Shown: positions 53,286 to 62,354 of the stretch, in pieces
Layout of the letters: every line of letters starts with the position of its first letter
Numbering within the stretch: the first letter of the stretch is position 1
Source of the DNA: Flavobacteriales bacterium
Lineage (GTDB): Bacteria > Bacteroidota > Bacteroidia > Flavobacteriales_F > PHOS-HE28
Assembly (NCBI GenBank): GCA_044507815.1
Contig: JBIQIX010000001.1
Span: 207,124 to 271,123, forward strand
Length of the DNA stretch: 64,000 nt
Reading direction: 5' to 3'
Translations under genes and position numbers: made by a program
The notes under the pieces: model-generated
Told to the model about the DNA's origin: nothing
Seen by the model: only the letters and a program-made list of their open reading frames with translations
Database searches by the model: none

Positions 53286-56200
53286 CACGCCGATTCTTCC
53301 GTTTCGAGGTGCGCTATTGGCTGCGCCAGCCCATGGTGTACATCTTCCTGCTCATCCTGGGCCTGCTGCCCTTCTTCGCCACCATATCGGACAAGGTGAC
53401 CCTGGGCGGGGGCATGGGCAATGTGTACCGCAATGCGCCCTACGTGGTGTACCAGTTCTACGGCGCCATGAGCTTCTTGGCCATCCTGATGGTGACCGCC
53501 TTCGTGAATGGCACGGCCATCCGCGACTTCGCCAGCGACACCGCGCAGATCATCTTCTCCACCCCCGTGGGCAAGCGCAGCTACCTGCTGGGGAAATTCC
53601 TCGGGAGCACCTTCATTGCCGCGCTGCCCTTGGTGGGTGTTTCGCTGGGCCTGGTGCTGGGCAGCTGGTGGCCGGGCATCGATCCCCTGCGGTTGGGGCC
53701 CAATAAGGTGCTCCCGCACATGGAGGCCTTTCTGGTGATCGGCCTGCCCAACGTGCTTTTCGCGGCCGCAATCGTTTTCGCCGTGGCCATCCTGGTGCGC
53801 TCCACCATGGCCTCGTTCATCAGTGCCATCGCCTTGTTCGTGGGCTACAGCGTGGCGGCCAGCTTCATGAGCGACATCGAGAACCAGCAGCTGGCCGCCC
53901 TGCTCGATCCCTTCGCCGGCGCAACGGTGGACCTGGTGACCAAGTACTGGTCGGTGGACGACCGGAACACCGCCCTGCTGCCCCTCAACGGCGTGCTGCT
54001 TTGGAACCGCTTGCTGTGGATCGGCGTGTCGGCCGTTATCTTCCTTTTCGGCTATGTGCGCTTCCGCTTCACCGATCGTGCCCGCAAGGGCAAGCCAGCG
54101 GCCGGGCCCGAGGCGCCGCCGGCCTATGCCGCGCCGGTGGCATTGCCCCAAGTGGGGCTGCACTACGGAGCCGCCAGCGCATGGAAGCAATACGCCACGC
54201 TCTTCCGCCGCGACCTGCTGGGCATGCTCAAGAGCACACCCTTCATCATCATCATGGCGTTGGGGCTGATCCAGCTCTTCTTCGCGCTCTCCTTCGTTAC
54301 CAGCATGTACGGCAACACCACGTACCCGGTAACCTACAACGTGGCCGACATGATGGCCGGCGTGCTCACCATTTACCTGTTGATCATTGTGGCCTACTAC
54401 GGCGGCCAGCTGGTGTGGAAGGAGCGCGACCCGCGCATGGACGGCATCATCAACGCGCTGCCCATGGCCACGCGCACCAACTTCCTGGCCAAGCTTTCGG
54501 CCTTGGCCGCTGTACTGCTGGCCGTGCTCCTGTTCGCTACGCTGGCCGGCATCGTTACCCAGCTCATCAACGGCTACACGCGCTTGCAGCCCGGGGTGTA
54601 CCTCAGCTACTTCATACTGCCCCAATTCATCTTCTGCCTGTTCTGGGGCGTGGTGTCGCTATTGGTGCATGTGTTGGTGAACAACAAGTACATGGGGTGG
54701 TTCGCGTTCATCCTGGTGTTCGTGCTCAACGCCTTCGTTTGGACAGCGCTGGACGTGCAATCGAACCTGGTGCGCCTGAACGGGTCCAGCGGCCTGGTGT
54801 ATTCCGACATGAACGGTTTCGGGCCGTACCTGGGCAATTGGCTTTTCTTCAAGGCCTATTGGCTGGTGTTCGCGGCCCTGATGCTGTGGGCGGGCTACCT
54901 GTTCGTGCTGCGCGGCAACGACACCGGCATGCGCATGCGGCTGCGCGCCGCTGGGCAGCGCATGCGCGGCTCGTGGCCGCTGGGCGCGGCGCTGGCGGGC
55001 GTGTTCGTGGTGCTGGCGGCCTTGGGCTGGTACAACACCAAGGTGATCAACACCTACCGCACCAGCGACCAGATGGAGGAACGGCAAGTGGCCTACGAAC
55101 GGGGCTACCGCAAATACATCAACCTCGCCCAACCCCACTTCACCGGGCTCGAATACTTCATCGACCTCGATCCAGCCGGGCGCAAGCTGCAGTACGAGGT
55201 GAAGATCACCGTGCAGAACAAGCATCAAGCGCCCATCGACACGCTGCTGTTGGACCTGCCCCAGTACATGAACGTGCAACTGGACATACCGGGCGCGCAA
55301 CTGGTGGTGGATGACAGCGCACTGTACCAACGCATCTACAGGCTGGAGCCGCCCCTGCAACCGGGCGACAGCCTGCGCTTCACCGCAAAGGGCGGCTGGG
55401 CCCCCAAGGGCATAAGCAATGCCGTGGAAATGACCTCCATCGTCGATAACGGCACCTTCCTGAACAATATGCAGCTGATCCCCCGCATCGGCTACGACCC
55501 CGGAAACGAGATCATGGACCGCGAAAAGCGCCGCAAGCATGGCCTGCCGCCCAACGAGCGCATGCCCAAACTGGCCAGCGACCCGGCCAAGCGCATGGAC
55601 AACTACCTGATGCGCAACAGCGATTGGGTGAGCGTGCGCACCACCATCGGCACCGCGCCCGACCAAATTGCAGTGGCCCCCGGCTCGCTGCGAAAGGAGT
55701 GGACCGAAGGGGGCAAGCGCTGGTTCACCTACCAGCTCGACTACAAGGCCCTCAATTTCTACTCCTTCCTCAGCGCCCGCTACGAGGTGGCCCGGGAAAC
55801 CTGGATAGACCCGCTGGGCAAGGAACCCGATGTGGCGCTGGAGGTGTACTACCAGAAGGAACACGGCGTGAACGTGCCCCGCATGCTCAACAGCCTGCAC
55901 CGCTCGCTGGACTACTTCACCGCCAATTTCGGCCCGTACCGGCAAAAGCAGGCCCGCATCATCGAATTCCCGCGCTACGCCTCATTCGCCCAGGCCTTCC
56001 CCGGCACCATGCCGTACTCAGAGGCCATCGGCTTCATCACCGATCTTACGGCCGAAAAGGACATCGACATGGTGTTCTACGTGGTAGCGCACGAAACAGG
56101 GCACCAATGGTGGGCACACCAGGTGATCGGTGCCGCCATGCAGGGCAGCACCCTGCTGAGCGAAAGCATGGCGCAGTACTCCGCCCTGATGGTGATGGAA

Positions 56201-56893
56201 AAGGAATACGGCAAGGCCCACATGCGCAAATTCCTGAAATACGAGGGCGACAAATACCAGAATGCCCGTGGGTCGGAGAGCCTGGCCGAAAAGCCGTTGT
56301 TGAACGTGGAGAACCAGGGCTACATACACTACAACAAGGCCAGCGTGGTGCTGTACGGCCTGCGCGCGTACCTGGGCGAGGACAGCCTGAACAAGGCCTT
56401 CCGCTCGTTAGTGGACACCTTCGGATATGCCGATCCACCCTGGCCCACCTCGCTGGATTGGTACAGCGCCGTGGACAAGGTGACGCCCGACAGCCTGAAA
56501 TACCTGCTGGAGGACGGCATCAAGTACATTACGCTGTACAACAACAAGGTGATCGAGGCCAAGGGCGCCATGAACGCGGACAGCACCTGGACCGTGACCA
56601 TGAAGCTGACCGCCGAGAAGGAGCACGCCGATTCGCTGGGCAAGGGAACGCCCGTGCTGATGGACGATTGGATCGACCTGGCCGTGGAGCGGTGGCCATC
56701 CTTCGGCAAGGAAAAGGAACTGAACGATGTGCCCCTGGTGCAGCAACGCGTGAAGCTGCACACCGGCGAGAACATGTTCACCTTTACCGTGGGCCGCAAA
56801 CCCTCGGCCGTTACCATCGACCCGGACCACCTCTTCTTTGACCGGCACCCGGAGGACAACCGGATGCGGGTAACGCTGGAAGAGGGCAAGTGA
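53282..56893 (+). CDS. fusion protein: ABC-2-type permease (N-terminal, multi-TM) + M1-family aminopeptidase (C-terminal)
   Basis: ~700 aa of TM helices typical of ABC-2 permeases, then gluzincin motif VAHETGHQWWAHQV…LSESMAQY (HExxH + downstream E) of aminopeptidase N family; ATGA overlap with ATPase gene. Confidence 0.7.
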   Translation: MTRRFFRFEVRYWLRQPMVYIFLLILGLLPFFATISDKVTLGGGMGNVYRNAPYVVYQFYGAMSFLAILMVTAFVNGTAIRDFASDTAQIIFSTPVGKRSYLLGKFLGSTFIAALPLVGVSLGLVLGSWWPGIDPLRLGPNKVLPHMEAFLVIGLPNVLFAAAIVFAVAILVRSTMASFISAIALFVGYSVAASFMSDIENQQLAALLDPFAGATVDLVTKYWSVDDRNTALLPLNGVLLWNRLLWIGVSAVIFLFGYVRFRFTDRARKGKPAAGPEAPPAYAAPVALPQVGLHYGAASAWKQYATLFRRDLLGMLKSTPFIIIMALGLIQLFFALSFVTSMYGNTTYPVTYNVADMMAGVLTIYLLIIVAYYGGQLVWKERDPRMDGIINALPMATRTNFLAKLSALAAVLLAVLLFATLAGIVTQLINGYTRLQPGVYLSYFILPQFIFCLFWGVVSLLVHVLVNNKYMGWFAFILVFVLNAFVWTALDVQSNLVRLNGSSGLVYSDMNGFGPYLGNWLFFKAYWLVFAALMLWAGYLFVLRGNDTGMRMRLRAAGQRMRGSWPLGAALAGVFVVLAALGWYNTKVINTYRTSDQMEERQVAYERGYRKYINLAQPHFTGLEYFIDLDPAGRKLQYEVKITVQNKHQAPIDTLLLDLPQYMNVQLDIPGAQLVVDDSALYQRIYRLEPPLQPGDSLRFTAKGGWAPKGISNAVEMTSIVDNGTFLNNMQLIPRIGYDPGNEIMDREKRRKHGLPPNERMPKLASDPAKRMDNYLMRNSDWVSVRTTIGTAPDQIAVAPGSLRKEWTEGGKRWFTYQLDYKALNFYSFLSARYEVARETWIDPLGKEPDVALEVYYQKEHGVNVPRMLNSLHRSLDYFTANFGPYRQKQARIIEFPRYASFAQAFPGTMPYSEAIGFITDLTAEKDIDMVFYVVAHETGHQWWAHQVIGAAMQGSTLLSESMAQYSALMVMEKEYGKAHMRKFLKYEGDKYQNARGSESLAEKPLLNVENQGYIHYNKASVVLYGLRAYLGEDSLNKAFRSLVDTFGYADPPWPTSLDWYSAVDKVTPDSLKYLLEDGIKYITLYNNKVIEAKGAMNADSTWTVTMKLTAEKEHADSLGKGTPVLMDDWIDLAVERWPSFGKEKELNDVPLVQQRVKLHTGENMFTFTVGRKPSAVTIDPDHLFFDRHPEDNRMRVTLEEGK

Positions 56894-57147
56894 GGACCGC
56901 GCTTGCGTGCAATGCCCAGGCACCGCACGCACCGCCGGCCAACCCGGGGTGCATGCGGGTACGAACCACGGGCCCCGCGTAAGGGACAGCAGCGGCGGCC
57001 CGGTGCGGGCGCGGCCCTGCGTGCGCGTGCAGCGAGGAGGTGACCGGAGGGAACCCCTGCAGCGCCGCGCACGCCGGCCGCGGCAAAACGGCCACAGCGG
57101 ATGGCCCGGCCCCGTGCGCAGCCCTGTGGGTGGTGGGGATACGCCCC

Positions 57148-58185
57148 TCAATCACCACCCTCCAGCGTGCCCTTCTCGCTCAGCAATACCGCCGCCCAGT
57201 GCGTGCCCGGGAATTGGGCCATGACCAGCACCATGACCACGGTGATGGGCACCGAAAGGAACATGCCCACAACGCCCCAAAGCCAGCCCCAGAAGGCAAG
57301 GGTGAGAAGGACCACCAGCGGGCTTACGTTGAGTGAGTTGCCCATGAGGCGCGGCTCCAGCACGTTGCCCACCAGCAGCTGCACCGCACCCACGCTGCCC
57401 AGCACCCACAAGGCCGGGCCGAACGCGGCGAATTGCACGCCGGCCACCACCGCCGGGAACAACGTGGCCAGCAGCGAACCCACGGTGGGGATGTAGTTGA
57501 GCAGGAAAATGAGCATGGCCCAGAAGAAGGCGAAATCCACGCCGATGATCAACAGCGCCACGTAGCTGAGCACACCGGTGAGCAGGCTCATGGCGGTCTT
57601 GAGGGTTACGTAATGGCTGAGCGAGGCATCCACGCGTTCGAGCATTTCGCGCGTGCGTTGCACGCCGCCGCCGTTGTGCATGGCCAGCAGCTTGCGGCGG
57701 GCGTGCCGCTCCTCCAGCATGATGAACGCCACGTAGATCAGCACCAGCGTACCGTTGCCCAGCACACTGGTAAGCGCGTTGAGCACCATGGTGAGCACCG
57801 TGCCCACATCCATGCCCTGCAGGAACTTGTCGAACTGGCGGCCCAGGTCGAAGCCGGTGACCTCCTCCAGCTGCCCACGCATGGCCGACAGGTTGCGCTC
57901 GTACTGCGGCAGTACCTCGGCCACGCCGTTGATGTTGGAGATGAGCAGGCTGGTGAAGAACGCCAGCACCAGCGAAATGGTGATGAACGCCAGCGTGCCC
58001 CGCAACCAGCGCGGCAGCATGCGCCCCTTGAAGGTGATGCGCTTGAACCGCACCTGCACAAGGCGGATCATGTACCACACCACCAGGGCCATGGCGAACG
58101 GGATGAGCACCGCCGAGGTGTAGCGGAGAATGATCACCGAGGCGATGACCACGAACAGGCCGAGGGCGATGCGCTTTAGTGCCAT
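57148..58185 (-). CDS. AI-2E-family transporter (PerM/UPF0118)
   Basis: 8 TM helices with conserved …GNSLNVSPLVVLLTLAFWGWLWG… segment; start at MALKRIALG. Confidence 0.7.
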   Translation of the reverse strand: MALKRIALGLFVVIASVIILRYTSAVLIPFAMALVVWYMIRLVQVRFKRITFKGRMLPRWLRGTLAFITISLVLAFFTSLLISNINGVAEVLPQYERNLSAMRGQLEEVTGFDLGRQFDKFLQGMDVGTVLTMVLNALTSVLGNGTLVLIYVAFIMLEERHARRKLLAMHNGGGVQRTREMLERVDASLSHYVTLKTAMSLLTGVLSYVALLIIGVDFAFFWAMLIFLLNYIPTVGSLLATLFPAVVAGVQFAAFGPALWVLGSVGAVQLLVGNVLEPRLMGNSLNVSPLVVLLTLAFWGWLWGVVGMFLSVPITVVMVLVMAQFPGTHWAAVLLSEKGTLEGGD

Positions 58186-58322
58186 GGGGCCAAGATAAAG
58201 GGGGCGCCCGGGAATGCGGGCCGCGGAAGCAGCTGTTTGCGGAGCCGGCCAGCCGGGCGCCCGGCGGAGACGCGTTGCATTGGCCAGGGCTGTTTGGGCG
58301 CGGTTTTTGGAACCGCCGGGCC

Positions 58323-58523
58323 ATGCGCCACGCAATATTCGTTCCCTGCATGGTGGCCATCTGCGCTCTCCTCTGCGCTTGCAGCAACGTGGAGGAGGTT
58401 ACGCTTACCGGGCCTTCCGTAACCGACCAGCTGAACAGCCGGGGCTACATGGCCACAACACGGGATACCACCTTGCCCATGGACACCACGAAATTGCAAT
58501 TGGACAGCCTGGAGCGCAGATGA
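58323..58523 (+). CDS. small putative lipoprotein
   Basis: MRHAIFVPCMVAICALLCACSNVEE… lipobox; 66 aa. Confidence 0.3.
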   Translation: MRHAIFVPCMVAICALLCACSNVEEVTLTGPSVTDQLNSRGYMATTRDTTLPMDTTKLQLDSLERR

Positions 58524-58612
58524 GGGTGCGCCACTGGCCGGACCGTCTGCTTGGGCAATTCAATGAACCGTGGGAACTGCCGGGCGAACGGTGAACACGG
58601 TACCTTGGCCCC

Positions 58613-59557
58613 GTGCCGAACCTTGCCGAAACCGATTTCCTGCGCCTGAAGCTTGGCAACGGGAGCGCACCGCACAAACCGATCCTGTTGTTGGCGGTAT
58701 TGCGTGCATTTGACCGGGGACTGATCATAGAGAACCGGATCGAGCCCAGCGCGGAGTTGATCGATCTGTTCATCGGCCATTGGGCGCGATTGGTACCGGA
58801 AGGCCGCTATCAGCGCCGCTTTTTCCTGCCGTTCTTCCATCTGCGCAGCGAAAGGTCCGGGCTATGGAAGCTGCATGCCATGCCGGGCTTCGAAACGCAC
58901 GCCTTAACACGCGCACGCTCGATCAAAAGCCTCGGGGCGCTTCTCGCATTCCAAGCCTGGGCGGAACTGCGGCCCGACGTATACCAACGGTGGCTGGTGC
59001 CGGAAAATCGCGCGGCGGACCGCTTGCTCATCATGGCGCGCTATTTCCCCGGCCAGTCATTGCCGCACGAGCTGCCCAGCCAGATCGGGCTGTTCGAGCA
59101 GCAGGTACAGCACGATAGCCCCGAGACGTATGTGGCGCGGCAACTGCAGTTGCTGCAGCATGATGAGGAGGAGGAACAAGTGCTGCGCGGCGCGGCATTC
59201 AAGCGCAAGGTGCCCGAGCTGTACACCTACACCTGTGCCTTTACAGGGCTGCACGTGAGCAACGCGCGGAACACCCGCCTGGTGGATGCCTGCCACATTG
59301 TGCCCTGGGCCGATTCGTTCGATGATACGGTCACCAACGGCATTGCCCTTTCACCCACGCTGCACCGTGCATTTGACCGCGGAATGATCGGCATAGCGGA
59401 CGATTACTCCGTGATCGTGGCCCATGACCTCCGCGAAACGGACAGCCCGCATGCCATACGCCCGTTGCACGGACAAAAATTGTACCTGCCCCGCAACAAC
59501 CGCCATTGGCCCGATCGGCGGAACCTGGCCAAACACCGGGAAAGGTGGGGATTGTAG
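58613..59557 (+). CDS. HNH_2-type endonuclease (putative restriction endonuclease) with N-terminal recognition domain
   Basis: C-terminal C(A)FTG…LVDACHIVPW…NGIALSPTLHRAFDRGMIGI matches the HNH_2 pattern (C..TG…aHIvPw…NG..L….H.aFDrG.I); N-terminal …HKPILLLAVLRAFDRGLI… domain; GTG start. Confidence 0.6.
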   Translation: MPNLAETDFLRLKLGNGSAPHKPILLLAVLRAFDRGLIIENRIEPSAELIDLFIGHWARLVPEGRYQRRFFLPFFHLRSERSGLWKLHAMPGFETHALTRARSIKSLGALLAFQAWAELRPDVYQRWLVPENRAADRLLIMARYFPGQSLPHELPSQIGLFEQQVQHDSPETYVARQLQLLQHDEEEEQVLRGAAFKRKVPELYTYTCAFTGLHVSNARNTRLVDACHIVPWADSFDDTVTNGIALSPTLHRAFDRGMIGIADDYSVIVAHDLRETDSPHAIRPLHGQKLYLPRNNRHWPDRRNLAKHRERWGL

Positions 59558-59598
59558 GCCGGTGCAAACCGCTTTGCTGCAAGCCGTTCAAGCCCCGA

Positions 59599-60414
59599 TC
59601 ACTTGCCGAACACCCGTTGGCGATGGTAGGCCAAGTACTCGGGTTTGGGGCCGTGGGACCCAGAAGGAATGGCCAACGGCCTGCCTTCATAGGCCTTGAA
59701 TTGCTGGGCGATGGTGGCATGAACGAAATGATCGCGCAGGGTAGGGGAGCAGACAAGGCGGAAGTGCTGGTCGAACGTGATGAGGCCGCGGTCGAAGGCA
59801 CGGTCGTGGAGGGCATTGAGGGCGATGCCGTTCCGGGGGTCCAGTCGATGTTCTTCCACAGCGTTCCAGGGAATAATATGGGAAGCGATCAGCAGCTCGC
59901 GCACGGCCATGCCGGTGACCGCACACCGGCCATCGTACGCGTTCAAAACGGCCTGGCGGAAAAAGCGTTGGCCCCGGCGGATCTGCACGGCGGCCGTACT
60001 TTCTGTGGGACCTTCAGGCATGGTCAGCGGAGCAATTTTCTCCGGCTGCACTTCTATTGGGCTATCCGCATCCCCAGTGAGCAATTCGGCCAGCAGGCCT
60101 TCGCTCTCCGCCGCCAGCGTGCCGTATTGCTGATGGAATTCGTGCCACACCGTGCGGTCCAATGCACTGGCCCCAGACAAGCCCTTGATCCCGCGAGCAG
60201 CCAGTCGTTCATCCAACGAGGCCAGGTTGCTCAACTTCATCGCCACACTACCGGGCGTACGCCCCATGCGCTGCGCGACGTTGATCAACACCGGATTGCC
60301 CTGATGGTAAAGCCCAAAGGGGATCTTCTCGTACAGGTTGAGAAGGATCAACAACTCTTCCCGGGTCCATGATCTGCGGGTGGTGGCCATCAAAATGCCT
60401 GGCTTTTCCGCCAC
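59599..60414 (-). CDS. HNH_2-type endonuclease (putative restriction endonuclease), paralog with different N-terminal domain
   Basis: …GRCAVTGMAVRELLIASHIIPW…NGIALNALHDRAFDRGLITF… same HNH_2 core; N-terminal …RSWTREELLILLNLYEKIPFG…. Confidence 0.6.
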   Translation of the reverse strand: MAEKPGILMATTRRSWTREELLILLNLYEKIPFGLYHQGNPVLINVAQRMGRTPGSVAMKLSNLASLDERLAARGIKGLSGASALDRTVWHEFHQQYGTLAAESEGLLAELLTGDADSPIEVQPEKIAPLTMPEGPTESTAAVQIRRGQRFFRQAVLNAYDGRCAVTGMAVRELLIASHIIPWNAVEEHRLDPRNGIALNALHDRAFDRGLITFDQHFRLVCSPTLRDHFVHATIAQQFKAYEGRPLAIPSGSHGPKPEYLAYHRQRVFGK

Positions 60415-60434
60415 AATATCGTTAACCTGGCCGA

Positions 60435-60681
60435 ATGAACCACGACAAGGAATACATCATTCGCCTGAATGGCCTCGACCTTGCCCAAGTGATCGATGGG
60501 CTGGAGGTGCGTGCCGACGCATGGCAACACACCGCCGCCTACCTCGAAACCGGCGAAGCCTTCAACCCGGACTTCGTGGTGAGTATGCAATGAGGGAGCA
60601 GAATTCCGGGAGCTTGCCGGACATTACGAACAGATCCTTGCATTGATGAAGGAACAGTTGACTCAACAGGACCAGCCATGA
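60435..60681 (+). pseudogene. small ORF with apparent +1 frameshift near 60580-60595, translationally coupled (ATGA) to downstream gene
   Basis: Frame 0: MNHDKEYIIRLNGLDLAQVIDGLEVRADAWQHTAAYLETGEAFNPDFVVSMQ* (to 60593); frame +1 continues protein-like …AEFRELAGHYEQILALMKEQLTQQDQP* ending in TGA that overlaps ATG 60678. Confidence 0.3.
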
Positions 60682-61040
60682 AAGAATACGTGCGCGCTGC
60701 TTACTTGAAATACGGCTTTCCGATTCCGGAGGAGCACCACTATACGATCCTGTGCCGTTGGCGGCCACCAAAGGAATTATGGCCAACACTTGGAAGGCGA
60801 TGGCGCGACATCGCGGTAGAAGTGCTCGGCGCAAACAAGCCGGACATCCTCGCCGACGAAACCTGCCTCTTCCTGATCGCTACGTATTGCGGCACCGCCT
60901 TGGCGCACCATGTGATCGGACCTGACAAGGAACTGATCCCTGTGCGCTTTCCCACTGAATATGACCGGACATGGTTTCGCGATGTGGTAACATTCGGGGT
61001 GGATGTGGTCCATTGCCCGGACCTATGGGCGGTCGAATAG
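60678..61040 (+). CDS. hypothetical protein (120 aa)
   Basis: Intact ORF, no recognisable domain. Confidence 0.4.
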   Translation: MKEYVRAAYLKYGFPIPEEHHYTILCRWRPPKELWPTLGRRWRDIAVEVLGANKPDILADETCLFLIATYCGTALAHHVIGPDKELIPVRFPTEYDRTWFRDVVTFGVDVVHCPDLWAVE

Positions 61041-61308
61041 AATTCCACTGGTTGGACGGGCAAGACCTGGTGGCGCTGTCCTTTGCGCCGATTGGCGCGA
61101 GCGGCTGAAGCGCCTCAAGAGGCCGATCGAGGAACTAGGGAAGTTGTCAGATATGTGTAACGCGTGAGGGAGTTATCCTCGGACGCGCATTACGCTCCCA
61201 GGCCGGGCCGATCATGCTGTTCATACCGAAAGCATGATCGCAGGCCGCTTCGCCGGCATCGCTGCACGCCTTGCGAACTTCGGTGGCAACCCCATCAAGA
61301 GTTCTTCT

Positions 61309-61443
61309 TCAAGCGTAGTCAATACTGGTGGCGTAGATGTCCGTCACCTTCCGGTAGAACTGCCGCTCGCTGGTGCGGATGTCGCGGATGTGCTCCTGCT
61401 TGCCTTCCTTCACTTGGCCGTCGAGTTGGCGCGTGGCTTCATG
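61309..61443 (-). pseudogene. RhuM-family (Virulence_RhuM-like) gene fragment
   Basis: Minus-strand reading …LDGQVKEGKQEHIRDIRTSERQFYRKVTDIYATSIDYA* resembles the conserved IRDIRxSE(K/R)xFYxKxTDIYATSxDY core of RhuM-family proteins; no upstream body (overlaps promoter/5' region of OMP gene). Confidence 0.35.
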
Positions 61444-61605
61444 CGCCCTCTGCAACCGGCACCGCGTTGCTGGCATTCGGCCCCGATCGGGGGCACGCAC
61501 GCCCCACAGCCCCACCCTTCTGGCCCGGTCACCTGGTTGAGGTGCAAGAGGTTGGTGCCATGGCCCCGCCCTTGCGATGGGACCGACCATCAATTGACCG
61601 ATCAC

Positions 61606-62205
61606 ATGCGCCATCACCATCTCGCACTGCTCCTCCTTTCCCTTATCGCCACCAGCGCCACCGCACAGAAGTGGGGCCTGGGCGTCCGCTTGGGCGACCC
61701 CAGCGGCATTTCCGTGAAGAAATACGGCGAGGGCCATGCCTGGGAATTCAACTTGGGTCGAACCCACCTCTTCAATGGGCATCGCTACTTCAACAACCGC
61801 TATGCTTATTGGTATGACCATCAACACTTCGATCATAAGGAGCATGAATTCATCGGCTATAGTGCCTCTGTACCCTTGGGCCTGCAGGTGCATTACCTCT
61901 TCCAGAAGCCGGTGAAGAATGCCGAGGGCCTTCAATGGTACTGGGGATTTGGTGGGCAGGTCCGCACGCAGCGGGTCTCCTACACCTACCGGTACAAGGT
62001 GAAGAATGGTCCGGACTGGGTGGTGGTGAACGATGCGTCCGTGCAGGAAACGAACTTGGGCTTGGACGGCGTGCTCGGCTTGGAATACAAATTCAAGAAT
62101 GCCCCGTTGGCCATGTTCCTCGATGGCACCCTCTTCATGGAACTGTACGACCAGCCCTTCCTCTTCAGCCTGCAAGGCGGGTTGGGCGTGCGGTATACCT
62201 TCTAG
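61606..62205 (+). CDS. outer-membrane beta-barrel protein (OmpW/OmpA-like small barrel)
   Basis: Signal peptide MRHHHLALLLLSLIATSATAQ; beta-strand periodicity; C-terminal …GGLGVRYTF. Confidence 0.55.
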   Translation: MRHHHLALLLLSLIATSATAQKWGLGVRLGDPSGISVKKYGEGHAWEFNLGRTHLFNGHRYFNNRYAYWYDHQHFDHKEHEFIGYSASVPLGLQVHYLFQKPVKNAEGLQWYWGFGGQVRTQRVSYTYRYKVKNGPDWVVVNDASVQETNLGLDGVLGLEYKFKNAPLAMFLDGTLFMELYDQPFLFSLQGGLGVRYTF

Positions 62206-62354
62206 CCGGGGCAGCGGCCATCTCGTTCCACCTCAGTTGGCCTTCCTCGGTCTGGTGCGAGCGCCCGATGGATAGCGCTCCCTCAACCAACGGATCCCGC
62301 CTGCAGCCTGCAGACGGGATCCGTTTTTGGTAGTTGTAAGCCCTCGGCCACCGC

